Source of the DNA: Williopsis jadinii
Lineage: Eukaryota
Direction of reading: 5' to 3'
Length of the DNA: 64,000 nucleotides
Assembly: GCA_024346625.1 (NCBI GenBank)
Contig: AP024665.1
Span: forward strand, 1,612,001 to 1,676,000
How positions within the stretch are numbered: the first letter of the stretch is position 1; the number at the start of each line of letters is the position of its first letter. Shown here piece by piece: positions 33,953 through 44,398 of the stretch. The notes below the pieces were generated by a model. It did no database searches, was not told the DNA's origin, and saw only the letters and a program-made list of their open reading frames with translations. The position numbers were made by a program, and so were the translations under genes.

Positions 33953-35230
33953 TCATTTGGATTCTTCGTCAACCTCTGTTATCTTTTGCTTCTCTTCTTC
34001 ACCGGCACCCGGTGCTGCTTGCTCACCTTCGTTTTCATCCTCTTCTAAGGTGCTCTGAGGCACACCGAGGGAGTTCATTAGGTTACCACTGTCCAGGTAG
34101 AAAACTCCATTCTGGTTTGTCAAGATGCTCTGTTCTAACAGCTGTTGGATTGAGAAGCTTGTCTTTGACCCATCACCTTCGGTGTCTTCAGATGCAGCTT
34201 GGGCCTCTTGATCAGCGGCCTGTTGTTCCTGATCCTCTGAATAAATCTCCTTGGCAACTTCTTCGAAAGGCTGTGAAATGGGACCCTTGTTATCAATCAC
34301 TGACTGGTACCACTCGTCCAACGTCTTGCCTTGTAAGAGGGCAACGATGATCACAGACATGTTGTCACATCCGATACCGGAACCATACGAGTTTGGTGCG
34401 AGACAGATGTCGATCATTGCTTCACAGATCTCTTCGAGGGACAAGTGGTCGTTGATACCCTTTCTAACAACCTCAACTGCTTGTTGAGAGGTCAAACAGT
34501 CCCAGATACCATCACATGCCAGGATGATGAACTCATCCTTCTCTGTGATCTGGTGTTCCAGAACATCGGGGTAAGCAGTGACAATCTGTTCCTCTGGAGG
34601 CAAGTCTGCGGACTTCTTGAAATCAAAGTCTCCAATGGCTCTGGACAATGCCAAATTACCATTCACTCTGCCGATATCGACAAACCCACCGGCAGCACAG
34701 ATTCTCGCGTGCTCGCCCTCGTTGTTTGGCTTATGGTCGAACGACAAAGGCTTCGACTCGCCTGCAACACTCAACACGGTTCTCGAGTCACCAGCATTGG
34801 CACAGTAGATCTTGTCCTTTGAGATGATCACGGTGGTTGCGGTGCAACCACTCTGATCGTTCTTCAAGTTGAAATCTTTCAAGATCTCAACATCGGCGGC
34901 CAGGAACGAGTCCTTCAACGCCTGCGAGTAGTTGCCCTTCTTGAACTCCTCCTGTCTCTTCAAAATCTTGTGGAGATTCTCCCCAGTGAACTGTGCAATC
35001 TTATCACCTCCATGGCCGTCAAACACACCGAAAAACGCAACAGACTCTTTACCCTTGGAGGCCTCGCCGTCGTCACCCTCCTTGACAGCATCCATGTCCA
35101 GCACAGTGGTGTGTGCGTCCTCCATGTTGATTCTCCATCCTTGCATGGAGCTCAGTCCAAAGGCATACTGAGCGTCTTTATCACTGAAGGAATGCTTCTC
35201 CGTGACTGGCTGTGAGAGTATCTGACCCAT
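33953..35230 (-). CDS. PTC2: Type 2C protein phosphatase (Ptc2/Ptc3)
   Basis: MGQILSQPV start, MQGWRINMEDAH, FDGHGG, RAIGD, ACDGIWD, GCDNM. Confidence 0.93.
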   Translation of the reverse strand: MGQILSQPVTEKHSFSDKDAQYAFGLSSMQGWRINMEDAHTTVLDMDAVKEGDDGEASKGKESVAFFGVFDGHGGDKIAQFTGENLHKILKRQEEFKKGNYSQALKDSFLAADVEILKDFNLKNDQSGCTATTVIISKDKIYCANAGDSRTVLSVAGESKPLSFDHKPNNEGEHARICAAGGFVDIGRVNGNLALSRAIGDFDFKKSADLPPEEQIVTAYPDVLEHQITEKDEFIILACDGIWDCLTSQQAVEVVRKGINDHLSLEEICEAMIDICLAPNSYGSGIGCDNMSVIIVALLQGKTLDEWYQSVIDNKGPISQPFEEVAKEIYSEDQEQQAADQEAQAASEDTEGDGSKTSFSIQQLLEQSILTNQNGVFYLDSGNLMNSLGVPQSTLEEDENEGEQAAPGAGEEEKQKITEVDEESK

Positions 35231-35331
35231 TCTGTCGTAATCTCTCTGTCTCGCGTTCGTTGGTTGTTTCTTATGAGCTGCCTCGCTTGTTGCTGTAGTA
35301 GTCTGTGCAGTGTGGCGTGGTGCTCTTCGTA

Positions 35332-35363
<32 letters not shown>

Positions 35364-35500
35364 GGTCGTCGTCGCTGTCTCCAAAGGAAAAAAAAGAGAG
35401 GAAGTAATTTCGTTCGCCAGCGGTTTGCGAACACGAAAAAAGGCGAAAAGCAGCGGAAAAAAAAAGCGAAAAAAAAGGTTACCGCGGTGGGGTGTGCGAT

Positions 35501-35555
35501 TATAGTTATAACTGTTATTATAACTGTTATTATAATTGTTATTATAATTGTTATA
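35501..35555. repeat. Degenerate (TTA)n / TTATAAC microsatellite
   Basis: Seen directly upstream of PTC2. Confidence 0.7.
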
Positions 35556-35763
35556 GGTATTTAGGGCTGTGGGCCGGTGGTGGGAGGATGGGAGGTGTTG
35601 CTGTGGAGATGTGGACTTGGGACGGTGGGAAGGGCTTGGTGTGATGAGAGCTGTGGTGGGAATGAGCACAATTGACTGGTTTTTGCTGTGGTTGTTGGTC
35701 TTTTATCTGGAACGGAACAGCTGAGCAACACGGTTGGGAGCGCTGGCACGGTAATGTGTTTGG

Positions 35764-36104
35764 CACGTGATGTATCACGTGTGCTGGGTGTGCCGGGTGA
35801 GCAGGGTGTGCTGGATGAGCAGGGTGCTCCAGCATTACCTGCTTGAAGACACCACCTCCACAAGTATTACCATTGCACTAAGCTGTACGCGATTCGTGTA
35901 TGAAGGTGGGACAGAATCGCTGGTTGTGGAATATCACACGCACCGTGTATAAGATCAACGCGTAGATCACTTGTGACTCTCGTAATTACGCCGGTAAAGC
36001 CACATCTGCACACCAGGTGACACCATCACGTGCTACAGCACGTGATCCAACAGATGAAACCACCTTCCTTCAAGTCACGTGTATACCACGTGTCTCCCCA
36101 CGTG
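35764..36104. promoter_or_regulatory. Cluster of seven CACGTG E-boxes in the PTC2/TRP2 divergent promoter
   Basis: CACGTG at 35764, 35776, 36027, 36039, 36076, 36087, 36099. Confidence 0.7.
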
Positions 36105-36226
36105 ACGTAGTACTCAGAAACTCAATGGAAAAAGAGTCATCGAGAAAGTGGAAAAAAAGTTATAAACACAACGATTCTTCCCTCGTTTCTCTCCTCTGTT
36201 CTACATCAGTTACCATAGCAGCAGAG

Positions 36227-37884
36227 ATGCCAGTGAGTAGAGCTTACACATAGAGCTTTGTGTGTGGCGCTTTGTCCAATGTGTGTTTTTTTGTGTGCCT
36301 CCCTGTTCATAACTAACGAGATGTCCATAGGCCCCAATTCAACCTTCTATTGATTCGCTATTACAGATTATCCATAAGGACAGAGAACAGTACAGCGATG
36401 ATCTGACCACGATTCCCAACATGTACCCTGTGTACTCGTATGTGACCTCGGACTCGATCACTGCGCATATCGCGTACCTCAAGTTGACCAAGATTGGTGA
36501 TGAAAGCAGTGCCAAAACTCAAAGTTTCCTCTTTGAAAGTGCCAAAAATGGTGATACCGTTGATCGTTACTCGTTTATTGGCTTCCAGCCAAAGAAGATC
36601 ATCAATACTGGTCCGGATTTCGGGTTGGAAGTTGATCCTTTGAATTTGCTCGAGGATGAAATGTCCCAGTATAGACAGGCCCAATTGCCAGGAATTCCAA
36701 AACTGTCTGGTGGTGCAATCGGCTACATCTCTTACGACTGCGTCCAATATTTCGAGCCAAAGACTAAGAGACCTCTAAAGGATGTGCTACACTTACCAGA
36801 GGCCTCATTGATGCTCTTCGATAACGTGATTGCATTTGACAACGTGTTCCAAAGATTTCAAATCATCAACAATATCGTTGTCAATCTGGACGACTCTGAC
36901 GAAGAGATCAAGTCGAAATACGCAAAGGCAAGGGATAACATCCATGCCATTGAGTCCACATTGTTGGACGACTCAACTCCAATTCCATATCCTAAACAGG
37001 GTCCAATCAAACAAGGACAAGATTTCACTTCGAACATCGGACAGGAGGGCTATGAGTCCCATGTCAAGACTTTAAAGAAACATATTCTTAAGGGAGATAT
37101 CATTCAAGCTGTTCCATCGCAAAGAGTTGCAAGACCAACTTCGTTGCATCCGTTCAACATCTATAGACATCTAAGAACGGTTAACCCATCTCCATATATG
37201 TTTTACGTTGACTATTTGGATTTCCAAATTGTCGGTGCAAGTCCTGAACTGTTGGTGAAATCCGACTCCAACAACAAGGTCATCACACATCCGATCGCAG
37301 GAACTATAAGACGTGGTAAGACAGCCGAGGAAGATGATGAATTTGCCCTTGAGCTGAAATCTTCTAAGAAGGACAGAGCCGAACATGTGATGCTTGTCGA
37401 TTTGGCCAGAAACGACATCAACAGGGTTTGTGATCCAACCACTACGAACGTTGATAGATTGCTTACAGTGGAGAGATTCTCTCACGTCATGCATCTGACC
37501 TCGCAGGTCTCTGGTACCTTGAGACCAGACAAGACCAGATTTGATGCGTTCAGATCCATATTCCCAGCTGGTACGGTCAGTGGTGCGCCAAAGGTTCGTG
37601 CGATGGAGTTGATTGGAGAGCTCGAAGGCGAGAAGAGAGGTGTCTATGCCGGTGCTGTTGGCTCCTGGTCATACGATGGTAAGACCATGGACACGTGTAT
37701 CGCGTTGAGAACAATGGTTGTCAAGGATGGCATTGCCTACTTGCAAGCTGGTGGAGGTATCGTGTTTGACAGCGATCCATACGATGAGTACATCGAGACG
37801 ATGAACAAGATGAAGGCCAACAACAACACCATTGTGGAGGCTGAGAAGTTGTGGGTTGACAAGCTGAACCAACAGCCACTGTGA
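36227..37884 (+). CDS. TRP2: Anthranilate synthase component I; exons 36227-36232 and 36331-37884
   Basis: [42 protein letters not shown]. Intron GTGAGT(36233)..AACTAAC..TAG(36330) restores the N-terminus [12 protein letters not shown], like S. cerevisiae IQPDIDSL. Confidence 0.95.
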
Positions 37885-37960
37885 TGGTCCCGTGTATAAG
37901 ACTTGAGTAATGTGTATATATATAGAAGTTGGTTACCCTGTACTAGTCGATCTGGTCAAT

Positions 37961-38030
37961 GTGGTGTCCGGATGTATGGGTGTCCGGATGTGTAGCTGTC
38001 CGGGTGTTTGGTGTCCGGGTGTCCGGGTGT
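37961..38030. repeat. Array of five TGTCCGGRTGT units (Rap1-site/telomere-like)
   Basis: Units start at 37965, 37981, 37997, 38012, 38020. Confidence 0.8.
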
Positions 38031-38444
38031 GGCCCCCCTCTGATCGTCGACAGCCAAATTTTTCCCCTTAAAAATCAAACTTCACAAAAATGGATCATCG
38101 TTAACACAACGCTTCCCTCCGTTTACGCTGTACTGTTTCATTTCTGGTACAAATTCGTTCAATTAACCCAGCTGGAAAAGACACCGAACTGTGCTTTTCC
38201 CTGCTACAACCACCGAATCGAGTCCAATCGTTGAGTGCGTGCCATCTTTCCCCCGTTTCAACGTTTCCACCACCCCCTAGGGCCCTTTTTCCACGCTTTT
38301 GGAGCCTTTCTGGAAGACATTCTGTGCACTTTTGAGGGTTTCAGGAGTAAACAAAGAACAGGCCGGGACAATCAGAGCGTAGCCTGCCGTGGTGATTAAT
38401 ACAGAGCATACAGAGATACACACGTAGAGCGCAAGAGGCGAGAG

Positions 38445-39767
38445 ATGGAAGACTACAACTTCAAGTTCAGCCAATGCTTTGGTGATAAGGCTGATATTGT
38501 GATAACAGAAGCAGATATCATCTCCACGGTGGAGTTTGACCACACGGGAGACTACCTTGCGACTGGAGACAGGGGAGGCCGTGTTGTGCTGTTTGAGAGG
38601 AATAACAAGAAGCAGGGATGTGAGTACCGGTTCCACACTGAGTTCCAGAGTCACGATGCGGAGTTTGACTACCTGAAGTCGTTGGAGATTGAAGAGAAGA
38701 TCAACAAGATCAAATGGTGCAAGCGGACCAACCAGGCGCATTTCCTCCTATCCACGAACGACAAGACCATCAAGTTGTGGAAGATCTACGAGAAGCAGAT
38801 AAGAATGGTGTCTGAGAACAACTTGAGCTCCTTGAGCTCAACAGGTTCGAACATGTCGGTGTCACAGCTGAGGTTGCCCCGTATGACGCTCCACGACAAG
38901 ATCATCGCAGCCACTCCCAAGAGAATCTACTCGAATGCACACGCATACCACATCAACTCGATCTCCATAAATAGCGATGGTGAGACCTTTATGAGTTGTG
39001 ATGACTTGAGAATAAATTTGTGGAACCTGAATATCCCAGACCAGAGCTTCAACATTGTCGACATCAAGCCAGCCAATATGGAGGAATTGACCGAGGTGAT
39101 CACGAGTGCAGAGTTCCATCCACAGTCGTGTAACTTGTTCATGTACTCGAGCTCGAAAGGTGCCATAAAGTTGGCTGACATGCGTGAGAATGCCCTCTGC
39201 GACTCACATGCTAAGGTATTCGAGGAGTACGTTGATCCTGCGAACCACAACTTCTTCACGGAAATCACCTCGAGTATATCAGACGTGAAGTTCAGCTCTG
39301 ACGGCCGGTACATTGCGAGTCGAGACTACATGACGGTGAAGATCTGGGACATAAACATGGAGAAGGAACCGATCAAGACCATAAACATCCACGAACAGTT
39401 GAGGGACAAGCTCTGCGACACGTATGAGAACGACGCCATCTTTGACAAGTTTGAGTGTGTCTTCAGTGGGGACGGTAAGAGCGTTATGACAGGGTCATAC
39501 AACAACAACTTTATGGTGTATCCTGACGTTACAGATGCCAGTAAACCTCAGGAGGAAATCGTGTTGCAGGCTGATAGATCTGCCTTGAAATCCAAGAAGC
39601 AACAGTTGAACAAGAGGAAGAACGGCGTGCCTTCGATGCTCAAGAGGGACTTGGAGTTGGACAACATTGACTTCAAGAAGAGCATCCTCCACTTGTCATG
39701 GCATCCGTTTGAGAACTCGGTTGCAATTGCTGCGACTAATAACCTCTACATCTTTTCAACGCTGTGA
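38445..39767 (+). CDS. CDC55: PP2A regulatory B (B55) subunit
   Basis: [62 protein letters not shown]. Confidence 0.98.
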   Translation: MEDYNFKFSQCFGDKADIVITEADIISTVEFDHTGDYLATGDRGGRVVLFERNNKKQGCEYRFHTEFQSHDAEFDYLKSLEIEEKINKIKWCKRTNQAHFLLSTNDKTIKLWKIYEKQIRMVSENNLSSLSSTGSNMSVSQLRLPRMTLHDKIIAATPKRIYSNAHAYHINSISINSDGETFMSCDDLRINLWNLNIPDQSFNIVDIKPANMEELTEVITSAEFHPQSCNLFMYSSSKGAIKLADMRENALCDSHAKVFEEYVDPANHNFFTEITSSISDVKFSSDGRYIASRDYMTVKIWDINMEKEPIKTINIHEQLRDKLCDTYENDAIFDKFECVFSGDGKSVMTGSYNNNFMVYPDVTDASKPQEEIVLQADRSALKSKKQQLNKRKNGVPSMLKRDLELDNIDFKKSILHLSWHPFENSVAIAATNNLYIFSTL

Positions 39768-39936
39768 TCAACTAATCCCTTTACATTTCCCTAATACTAT
39801 ATGAAAGTCCCCCTTCTAACAAGCGTGTAATCGTCTACGTTGGCATGCTACTCTCCCACTACAGCTGGAACTATCTGTAAACATGTTGTCTTATAAATGG
39901 AGTAGAATCTGAAAAAATAGAGCAGTGATAAATAGA

Positions 39937-40356
39937 TTAATCCTTGATGTGTCTGTTGATGACCGGGTTCCACCACAAGGTCTTGTCACCGTCACCCCAG
40001 AAGAATGGCTTGGATCTGATGTTCATGTACTCGTACTGCTTTGGCCATTCCTCGTCTGGAACGTGGGACAAGTGCTCTCTGTGCTTAGCGTGCTCAGCCT
40101 CGACAAAGTAGGTGTTGATGGCTGTGGCAATCACAGCTGGCGCAGCAACTAACCACGAGATCTTCTTCCACAACCCACTGGTGGACTTGGCGTGGTGCTC
40201 AGTGGCAGCAAGCGAGTCCTTGAAGGCCTTAGCAGCTGCTGGGTCTCCCTTTGGGAACGCTGGCTCAAGAGCCCATGGTGGGAGCTCCGCCTTGTGAGAG
40301 GCGTTTCTGACGGCTCTGGTGGCCTTGCTGGACTGTCTCAATGTCTGTCTGAACAT
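39937..40356 (-). CDS. COX13: Cytochrome c oxidase subunit VIa
   Basis: YEYMNIRSKPFFWGDGDKTLWWNPVIN. Confidence 0.96.
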   Translation of the reverse strand: MFRQTLRQSSKATRAVRNASHKAELPPWALEPAFPKGDPAAAKAFKDSLAATEHHAKSTSGLWKKISWLVAAPAVIATAINTYFVEAEHAKHREHLSHVPDEEWPKQYEYMNIRSKPFFWGDGDKTLWWNPVINRHIKD

Positions 40357-40544
40357 CCTTTTCTGTTCCTTTCGTTTTGTTACAAAGGTTCTATTGTTGT
40401 TTCGAAGAGGGAGAAGGAGACGAATTGGCTGATTTTTTTTTCTATGGCCTACTGCGAGTGGGCTCGATTACATGGCCGTGAAATTTTCGCGCACTTCAAT
40501 TGGCTAGCAGGGTTGACTTCCTAAAGCGGTAATCCCAGGATTGC

Positions 40545-42078
40545 CTAGCGTACTATACTAGTGAAACAGGTGTTGGCCTTGAGCTTGTTGGCAACGTCTG
40601 TTTCGAAGAGCTGGGAGCCGTTGAGTTGGTTTCCGATGGCTATGGAGAGGTGTGTTAGTGCGTGGCTGGAGAGGCCACGGTGCTGATGTTAGGTGAAGAG
40701 AGAGGGTATACTCACTGAGCCATCCAGGTCTGGTGTTATGATCCCTGCCAAAGATCTCGAGCTTGCGAGCGTGAGGGCCAACGAGCCTCTCGATCATGCC
40801 GTAGAGCTCGTCCGGCTTCCTGGAGGTCTCCCTGGTGGAGGAGACCATCACGTCGACGTCGTTCAGACGGTCGAGCCATTCTGGCTCGCCCTTTACTCCA
40901 ACAAACAGGTGTTCTTTGGAGTGGTTGAGCCAATGGCCGGTTCTTCCGGTGCATATTGTTCTTGACAGCTGGTTTGTCTTGACCCATATGACCTCGTTCT
41001 TGATCTTGTACCCCCATTTCATCAGGGAGGCCTTGCCGATCTCAATGGCACGTCCCGTGACCCACAGGAACAGAACACCTTCGTCCTGGATCGTATGGAG
41101 AGGCAGGTTCAGCAGCTCGGTGTCATTGCACGTGCCATAAGGCAGGTTCATGTGGATGTTCCACGCAGGATCTGCTATCACGGCAGCAAACTTGCCCAGC
41201 GTCGTGAAGTCGAATGTTCGGACGTCACAGTTGATCCACTGAGGTGGGAGTGTCTCTCTGCTGAGATTGCTGACCGAGCCATTGGGCATCCAGGGTGATA
41301 TTCTCTCCCAGTATGCAATCTCGTCGTTGAACTCCTCACATTTGGCGAGTTCCTTCGACAGTCGCTCGTGTGGGACATGGCGTGTATAGTGGACGTAGCG
41401 ACAGCTATCCAGCTTATGGCATGTGTCCAAGTAGGAGCAATCACCCAGTGAAACATCGGTGTGTGCCTTAATCATCGGAATGAAATGGATCTTATTGTTC
41501 AAGCACTGGCGTAGGTCCTTTGGCAGCTTGTTCAGCTGTACTGGAGAGCTCGACGCCAGCATTGTAGAGTGCTGTGGATCGTTACACGTTGGTAAGAACG
41601 GAGAACGAGGTGTCGTTAGCGCAAGGTGCTTCTTTGAGAGCCTATGCCCAGTGCTTTCATAGTTCAGCAGCTCCCTCAGCTTGCTCAGTTCCTCTGATTC
41701 TAGCGGCTCATCGAGTAGAGAACTCAATCTATTCGCTAGGCTGGCCCTTGAGCTCTTACCAGAGGTCGACGCCTTGGCCTTTGGTCGTTTCAGCTTCCTG
41801 GCCTCCTCAGAGGCCGCACAGCTCAACGTCTCGATCAAGATCCCCAGGTTCAGCTCATTGATGAACACAATGGAGTCCTTGAACAGCGAGTATTCAATAC
41901 AGTTCCTATCGATCTCCTGGAGCTCGCACAGCTCCCTATCAAACTCCTCTTGTGACATCGGAACACCGCACGCTTTCCCGTTGAATAGAGAGCAAATCGA
42001 CACCCTACACCCATTTATCGGCGAAGCACAGAGGAAGTGTGCGTTCTCCTTCAAGAACAGTAGCAGCTCGACGTTCAT
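40545..42078 (-). CDS. IME4: mRNA m6A methyltransferase (MT-A70); exons 42078-40716 and 40639-40545
   Basis: CCCH zinc region, ADPAW, TGRTGHWLNHSKEH, SRKPDE, EIFGRDHNTRPGW. Removing intron 40640-40715 (GTGAGT..CACTAAC..TAG) restores the conserved GWLTIGNQL. Confidence 0.93.
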
Positions 42079-42494
42079 GCTCAGAAAATCGTCCTACTGT
42101 GCGCTGATTGGCTGTTGTTTCGTTCAGCTGAAGCTGGCGATGAAGTTGAAGTTTGCGGGCCTGTGTAGATGTTTACTTTCCGGTGGCGGTATTTTGCCAA
42201 ACCCGGGCCCGGCCTGGTGGAGGGAATATATACGGATGAAAGCGGTGATGAGCTCTTTCAATTAGGGTCGATTTGGGGTGTTTTGAATTGTTCTCACGTG
42301 TTTGGTGATGAGGAAAGCGTGGGTTATGCTCTCAGAGCTTTGGAATGAGCGTTCAAGGTGAGGTCTTTGGTAGACCTGTTATATATGGCTGGCCCTCGCT
42401 GCCTAAGTGGTGAATATGTCTGGTGGACATCTTCAGGGACAGCTCTGTATAACAAGCATCGTGGTATTGTGACTGGTTGTTGAAGACGAAGAGT

Positions 42495-43271
42495 ATGCAG
42501 AATAGCAATTTGGCTGGAGAGTCGACGGTTTCCAAGTGGCATTACAACAAGTTCCTCTACAGAGATATCAAGCCGTGTGGCGATGTTGTGGGTCGGACGC
42601 ACCCCATTTTGATCCTCAGGAGAAGAATCTGGGCGAATTGGTTTAGAGGTTTGTTCAAAGAGGACTCGGAGGACTACTACTACTCCAGCGGGCTACTCCC
42701 GAGCTTGGAGCTAGCGAACTACTTGAAATCGTCAACCACGGTTGAGTTTGAGGAGTCCAAATGCCGGTATAAGAGTTGTATTCTCAAATTGCGCTCGCCA
42801 AATAATAAGTTCTTTGATAAGGCTCGCATCAACATCATCTGGAAGGACTCGGTCTCGATAAAGATGGCATTGTTTAGGCTCATTGAGGATTTGAATAACA
42901 GGTGTGAATGGTACTCGTCGTCGGCCTGTTCCTCTTCTTCGCACGAATCGTTCAAGGATGAACACTTCTGCACTGGGCTACCACTAGGCGAGTTCGACTT
43001 GAGATTGGTGTCCAACGTCAAGATACCGCACAGGCACTGGCCCTCTATCCTTCAAAAGATGATGGATATCCCATTGGACCACTCAACAAGAAAACTCGTG
43101 ACGATAACGGTTCCCAATGCCGTGTCAAACACAGATCAGAGCCAGTACATTCTTGTCTTGAAGAGCACGTCTTCAAAGACCAGGAAATACATCAAATCCG
43201 TGATTTCTAAAGCTGTTAAGGGCGACTGGAAGTTCACTGAAAAGGCCAATGCACAAGCACAGGCCAATTGA
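42495..43271 (+). CDS. Hypothetical protein divergent from IME4 (5' end uncertain)
   Basis: Intact ~258-aa ORF filling the IME4-MPO1 gap with protein-like composition; no family recognised. Confidence 0.6.
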   Translation: MQNSNLAGESTVSKWHYNKFLYRDIKPCGDVVGRTHPILILRRRIWANWFRGLFKEDSEDYYYSSGLLPSLELANYLKSSTTVEFEESKCRYKSCILKLRSPNNKFFDKARINIIWKDSVSIKMALFRLIEDLNNRCEWYSSSACSSSSHESFKDEHFCTGLPLGEFDLRLVSNVKIPHRHWPSILQKMMDIPLDHSTRKLVTITVPNAVSNTDQSQYILVLKSTSSKTRKYIKSVISKAVKGDWKFTEKANAQAQAN

Positions 43272-43520
43272 CTGCCCAGCAGTGGTTATTCTTCCCCATA
43301 TCACCATACAACTGCTGCTGCTATTGCTGCTAAGCCCTATGTGTCATATAACATCCGTACACCACTCGGCCGGATGAGCACTCCCGAGAGGGGAGGGCTC
43401 TCCTCTCTCTAAGGGGGGAATTTGGATGAATGAAAGGGAGTTGAACGTATTTGTCATTATCACCAGCTTTTCCCATTCAATTATACCTGAGATCAACGTC
43501 CAGTCGTCGACCTAAGCACC

Positions 43521-44057
43521 ATGTCCAACGTATTCAACCTGGAGAAGCAATTGGTCTTTTACAGATCGTACCATTACGAGACGCTCAACGTGCTGGTGCA
43601 CTCGGTATTCGTGCCAACCATTCTGTTCACAACAATAGGCATCTTGGAGAACGTGCCATTGGCCCCTGTGAACAAGGAAGTGTACAACCTGGGGAACTTT
43701 GGGTGCCTTATCTACGGGGCCTTTTACCTGCTGCTGGATCTGAGCGGCGGGTTGATTGCAGCACCTATCATGTTCCTGATCGGGTACGCCAACACGCACC
43801 TGATCCAATCTGTCGAGAACTACACGTACTGGCTCACAGTCCTGTTCATCGTGTCTTGGATCGCACAGTTCATCTCGCACGCGGTGTTCGAGAAGAGGGC
43901 CCCGGCCCTCCTCGACAACCTCGTCCAGGCCCTCGTGCTGGCCCCCTTCTTCGTCCTCTACGAGGGCCTGTTCCAGCTCGGCTACAGAACAGACCTCAAG
44001 CAGAGAGTCGACGCCACTGCGCTGAAGAACATCCAAGAATTCAAGAAGAGAAGCTGA
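43521..44057 (+). CDS. MPO1: 2-hydroxy fatty-acid dioxygenase (DUF962)
   Basis: QLVFYRSYH..NVLVHSVFVPTILF, WIAQFISHAVFEKRAPALLDNLVQALVLAP. Confidence 0.9.
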   Translation: MSNVFNLEKQLVFYRSYHYETLNVLVHSVFVPTILFTTIGILENVPLAPVNKEVYNLGNFGCLIYGAFYLLLDLSGGLIAAPIMFLIGYANTHLIQSVENYTYWLTVLFIVSWIAQFISHAVFEKRAPALLDNLVQALVLAPFFVLYEGLFQLGYRTDLKQRVDATALKNIQEFKKRS

Positions 44058-44398
44058 AACCGCAACCCATCGCTTATCTATGCTGGCACGCACGTAGCTT
44101 TATACTGAAACGGTACGATCAACCCTTTGCAATACAAACAACAGATATGTATAACATGAAAGAGTCGTGTAGGGAAACCCACGCCGGTATCGGCGTCACA
44201 ATGAAAATTTTTTTAGAGTCACATCCTCATATGCACCACCGCATTGGGTCCCTCTAACCGGGATCCCATGCCCGGCTTTATAAAAGAGCGATGAGGCCAC
44301 TGGAAGGGTTCCTCTGTTGGTGTTTTACACGCTGTTTGTTGTTATTTTGCTGTTATTTTCCGTTGAAGGAAGCCGTGTGTGAGCCCTGTGTTGAAGCT

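Noticed and set aside
33953..35434. ORF-track N-terminal extensions (PTC2, SSN8, LAC1, AVT7, JAC1, CKB1, GET1, H3/H4, STF2, SNZ1, BIM1)
   Set aside because: They begin at non-ATG codons in UTR or promoter sequence; homology starts at the downstream ATG.
37961..38030. CRISPR-like array (also 52242-52304 and 45595-45720)
   Set aside because: Eukaryotic context; units are contiguous or short, with no unique spacers and no cas genes.
40357..40544. a1-alpha2 site driving IME4 antisense control as in S. cerevisiae
   Set aside because: No convincing match to the a1-alpha2 consensus downstream of IME4.
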